Part shown: piece by piece, positions 26,686 to 32,000 of the stretch | How positions within the stretch are numbered: position 1 is the stretch's first letter | Layout of the letters: each line of letters opens with the position of its first letter | Source of the DNA: Clostridia bacterium | GTDB taxonomy: Bacteria > Bacillota > Clostridia > Christensenellales > Aristaeellaceae | Reading direction: 5' to 3' | Assembly: GCA_045617125.1 (NCBI GenBank) | Contig: JAZLIA010000103.1 | Span: forward strand, 11,559 to 43,558 | DNA length: 32,000 bases | Position numbers and translations under genes: made by a program | The notes under the pieces: generated by a model | The model's database searches: none | The model's input: only the letters and a program-made list of their open reading frames with translations | What the model was told of the DNA's origin: nothing

Positions 26686-27660
26686 ATGAAATTTCGCAGT
26701 GTTGGAAAATCCGGTCTGAAGGTGAGCACAGTGGCTCTCGGAAGCTGGATGACGAATTTGAAGGGCAGCTCTGCTGTCGATGTAGCACGGGATACTGTGA
26801 AGCTGGCCTATGAAAACGGTGTCAATTTCTTCGATTGCGCGGATGCTTATAGCGGAGGCGAAGCAGAGAAATTCTTGGGAGAATGCTTAAAAGATTATTC
26901 CCGCAGTTCTCTGGTGGTTTCAAGCAAGGTGTTTTTCCCGGTAGGACGCGGTGTTAACGAACGTGGTCTTTCCCGAAAGCATATTTTTGAACAGGTCGAA
27001 AAATCCCTGAGAAACATGCAGGTAGATTATCTGGATATGTATTTCTGCCATCGCTTCGATCCCACTACCCCGGTCGAGGAAACTCTTCGGGCATTGGATG
27101 ATTTGGTCCATCAGGGAAAGATTCTCTATTATGGTGTCAGCGAATGGAGTCCGGTACAGATCACAAAGGCACTTGGAATTATCAAGGATATGAGGTTGTA
27201 CCCAATGACGGTGCTGCAACCGGAATACAACATGGTCGATCGATATGTGGAGGATGAGATTTTCGATATCTGTAAAGAAAACGGCATGGGTATCGTGCCC
27301 TTCTCTCCCCTTGCCCAAGGCTTGCTGACCGGGAAATACCGTAAAAATCAGCCCATCCCCGAGGGCAGCCGTGCAACACATCAGGCGGACAGACAGATCA
27401 ATAATCTGCTGACGGATGAAAACCTGGATAAGGTTGAAAAGCTTGCTGCCATTGCGGAAGAATTGAATGTGCCTATGAGCGTGTTGGCACTGGCCTGGAC
27501 ATTACGGGATAAGGTGGTTTCCTCCGTCATTACGGGTGCATCGAAACCGGAGCAGCTGATGAACAATCTGCAGGCCGCAGAACTGGAACTGGATGCTGAG
27601 ACTGTGAAGAAGATCGATGAAATCTTAGATTATCATCCCTTCTACCGTAAGATCGGCTGA
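26686..27660 (+). CDS. Aldo/keto reductase (Kv-beta/YghZ-like subfamily)
   Basis: 324 aa. The catalytic tetrad context is present as DCADAY, SSKVF and CHRFD. AGGAG lies 6 nt upstream. Confidence 0.9.
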   Translation: MKFRSVGKSGLKVSTVALGSWMTNLKGSSAVDVARDTVKLAYENGVNFFDCADAYSGGEAEKFLGECLKDYSRSSLVVSSKVFFPVGRGVNERGLSRKHIFEQVEKSLRNMQVDYLDMYFCHRFDPTTPVEETLRALDDLVHQGKILYYGVSEWSPVQITKALGIIKDMRLYPMTVLQPEYNMVDRYVEDEIFDICKENGMGIVPFSPLAQGLLTGKYRKNQPIPEGSRATHQADRQINNLLTDENLDKVEKLAAIAEELNVPMSVLALAWTLRDKVVSSVITGASKPEQLMNNLQAAELELDAETVKKIDEILDYHPFYRKIG

Positions 27661-27701
27661 TCATCGAAGGAAGCATACAAGTGTACCTTTAAAAGAGATA
27701 C

Positions 27702-27745
27702 AGCCCGATTTTCGGATTTATGCCGGGAATTGGGCTTTCTTTTAC
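27702..27745 (+). terminator. Rho-independent terminator after the AKR gene
   Basis: A 9-bp stem pairs AGCCCGATT (27702-27710) with AATTGGGCT (27728-27736), with one G-U pair. It is followed by TTCTTTT. Confidence 0.6.
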
Positions 27746-27795
27746 CCATATGCCATGAACGATGCTTTGCAAATATGAAAGAAGGTAGCTTGAGA

Positions 27796-30826
<3,031 letters not shown>

Positions 30827-30919
30827 ATATGCATCGCTATAGTAATAAATGTAAATGGCATGTGGGTATGTCATTCGAAAATCAGTCATTCTTGTAATGA
30901 TAAGGAGGTTCTGCTTTTT

Positions 30920-31291
30920 ATGATTATTGAGACCAAACAAGCCCCCGCTGCTATTGGACCTTATTCTCAGGCACGGAAAGAAACAGGATTGTTATTTGTC
31001 AGCGGACAATTGGGAATTGATGTGGAAAAAGGCGGTTTAGCCGAAGGTGTGGAAGCGCAGGCACGCAACAGCATGAAAAACATCGGAGCTATTCTGAAGG
31101 AAGCCGGAGCAGACTATTCAAATATCGTCAAAACAACGATCTTTCTGAAGGATCTGAAGGATTTTTCGACAGTCAATGCCGTGTATCAGTCCTGTTTTGC
31201 CAATGGTGTTTATCCTGCGCGGAGCTGCATTGAGGTTTCAAGCCTGCCGCTGGGCGGTTTGGTGGAAATTGAAGCTATCGCCGTATTGTAA
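30920..31291 (+). CDS. ridA: RidA/YjgF/L-PSP family reactive-intermediate (enamine/imine) deaminase
   Basis: 123 aa. The sequence runs MIIETKQAPAAIGPYSQA...ARSCIEVSSLPLGGLVEIEAIA. AGGAGG lies upstream of ATG 30920. Confidence 0.9.
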   Translation: MIIETKQAPAAIGPYSQARKETGLLFVSGQLGIDVEKGGLAEGVEAQARNSMKNIGAILKEAGADYSNIVKTTIFLKDLKDFSTVNAVYQSCFANGVYPARSCIEVSSLPLGGLVEIEAIAVL

Positions 31292-31372
31292 TGTGCCGTA
31301 AACACCCTGCATGGTTCTCAGCTTTCAAAAATGAGGAATTCTTAAAGCATAAGAACACATAACATATCAGCA

Positions 31373-31394
31373 AAGGTCAGCTTCGGCTGACCTT
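31373..31394 (+). terminator. Stable hairpin (UUCG tetraloop) after ridA; weak terminator or mRNA stabiliser
   Basis: A perfect 9-bp stem pairs AAGGTCAGC with GCTGACCTT around a TTCG loop. There is no clear U-tract (GATTGATAA follows). Confidence 0.45.
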
Positions 31395-31419
31395 GATTGA
31401 TAATATAGGAGGAACATTC

Positions 31420-32000
31420 ATGACAACCCTACTGTGCTATACAAAGCTCGGTCACGGTTTGTATGTCAATGATCAATATCCTGGACATGCGGCTGTGCTT
31501 GCTGACTGGGAGCATGCCATGCATCTTGCGATATCTGAAAATGGCGGCGCGTTTGAACCACTTCGCAACAACACGGGAATTCTTTTTCCACGATGCACAT
31601 TCAACGAAGGAAAGGTTCAGGGCACGACCAAAACAATGATCGATCCCTGGATCTTCCGCACGGCCGCAGGTAAATTTGGTGTTGTGTGCATCCGACGCAA
31701 TCAGAATGAACCCGATCTGCTGACTGTTGGCAGCATCATGCTTTTTCTTTCCGACGATCTTGTCCATTACGAGGAAGCGGGTTTCATTAAGGTTGCTGAT
31801 GAAGAGATAAGGCATCCTAAATGCCGATTTGAAGAAAATGAAGGATCCTATCGCTTGGAATGGGACACCCAGCACGGTACTTATACCGGACGCAGTGTTT
31901 ATTTGCTTGAAATTGCAGATATCTCTCCATGCTCGACTTCTGCATTTTCACAGCCAGACAGCATGGGATTGACGAACATTTTGCCTGGAAATACCTTGGA
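31420..32000 (+). CDS. N-terminal fragment (193 codons) of an uncharacterised, probably glycoside-hydrolase-like protein; continues past the right edge
   Basis: An open frame runs from ATG 31420, with AGGAGG 7 nt upstream, to the window end. It translates as MTTLLCYTKLGHGLYVNDQYPGHAAVLADWEHAMHLAISENGGAFEPLRNNTGILFPR...DPWIFRTAAGKFGVVCIRRN. It is not in the ORF track because it has no stop in the window. The minus-strand ORF 31429-31875 is its antisense shadow. The function guess rests on context and propeller-like motifs only. Confidence 0.7.
   Translation, partial: MTTLLCYTKLGHGLYVNDQYPGHAAVLADWEHAMHLAISENGGAFEPLRNNTGILFPRCTFNEGKVQGTTKTMIDPWIFRTAAGKFGVVCIRRNQNEPDLLTVGSIMLFLSDDLVHYEEAGFIKVADEEIRHPKCRFEENEGSYRLEWDTQHGTYTGRSVYLLEIADISPCSTSAFSQPDSMGLTNILPGNTL

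Overview
This 32-kb chromosomal window looks like a Clostridia-class Firmicute. That is an inference from three things: the gene order dnaG-rpoD-trmK-nif3-Zn-ribbon followed by a type-A (E. coli-like) RNase P RNA, GGAGG or poly-G ribosome-binding sites, and TTGACA-17-TATAAT promoters. Strand polarity is strict. All 12 CDS plus rnpB left of about 13.65 kb are on the minus strand, and all 14 CDS to the right are on the plus strand.

Left part (housekeeping):
- rnpB.
- The macromolecular-synthesis operon: dnaG, rpoD, trmK, a Nif3-family gene and a COG1579 zinc-ribbon gene.
- A tightly packed 6.6-kb unit: pgsA, a 1142-aa secreted SdrD-B/Cna-B-like repeat protein, a BadF-type sugar kinase, parA and parB.

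Middle: three monocistronic units, each with its own near-consensus promoter.
- An intracellular GH5.
- An MsbA-like ABC exporter.
- A GH94 disaccharide phosphorylase.

Right part (accessory): an arabinofuranoside/oligosaccharide utilisation locus.
- An intracellular GH43.
- An operon of CyuA/YhaM-like L-cysteine desulfidase family protein, URO-D family protein and an LplB/LplC/LplA-type ABC importer.
- A GntR(FCD) regulator plus an aldo/keto reductase.
- Two divergent GH51 alpha-L-arabinofuranosidases, RidA, and the start of another probable glycosidase.

I found no CRISPR array, tRNA, rRNA, transposase, integrase, phage or recognisable defence genes.

Nothing here is an obvious novel system. 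The best candidate for undescribed biology is the co-transcription of a Fe-S beta-eliminating (SDH-alpha/CyuA-like) enzyme and an orphan URO-D-family enzyme with a sugar importer, with RidA in the same locus. The unusual operon context of parAB comes second. All functional calls rest on motif recognition by eye. No database search was possible.
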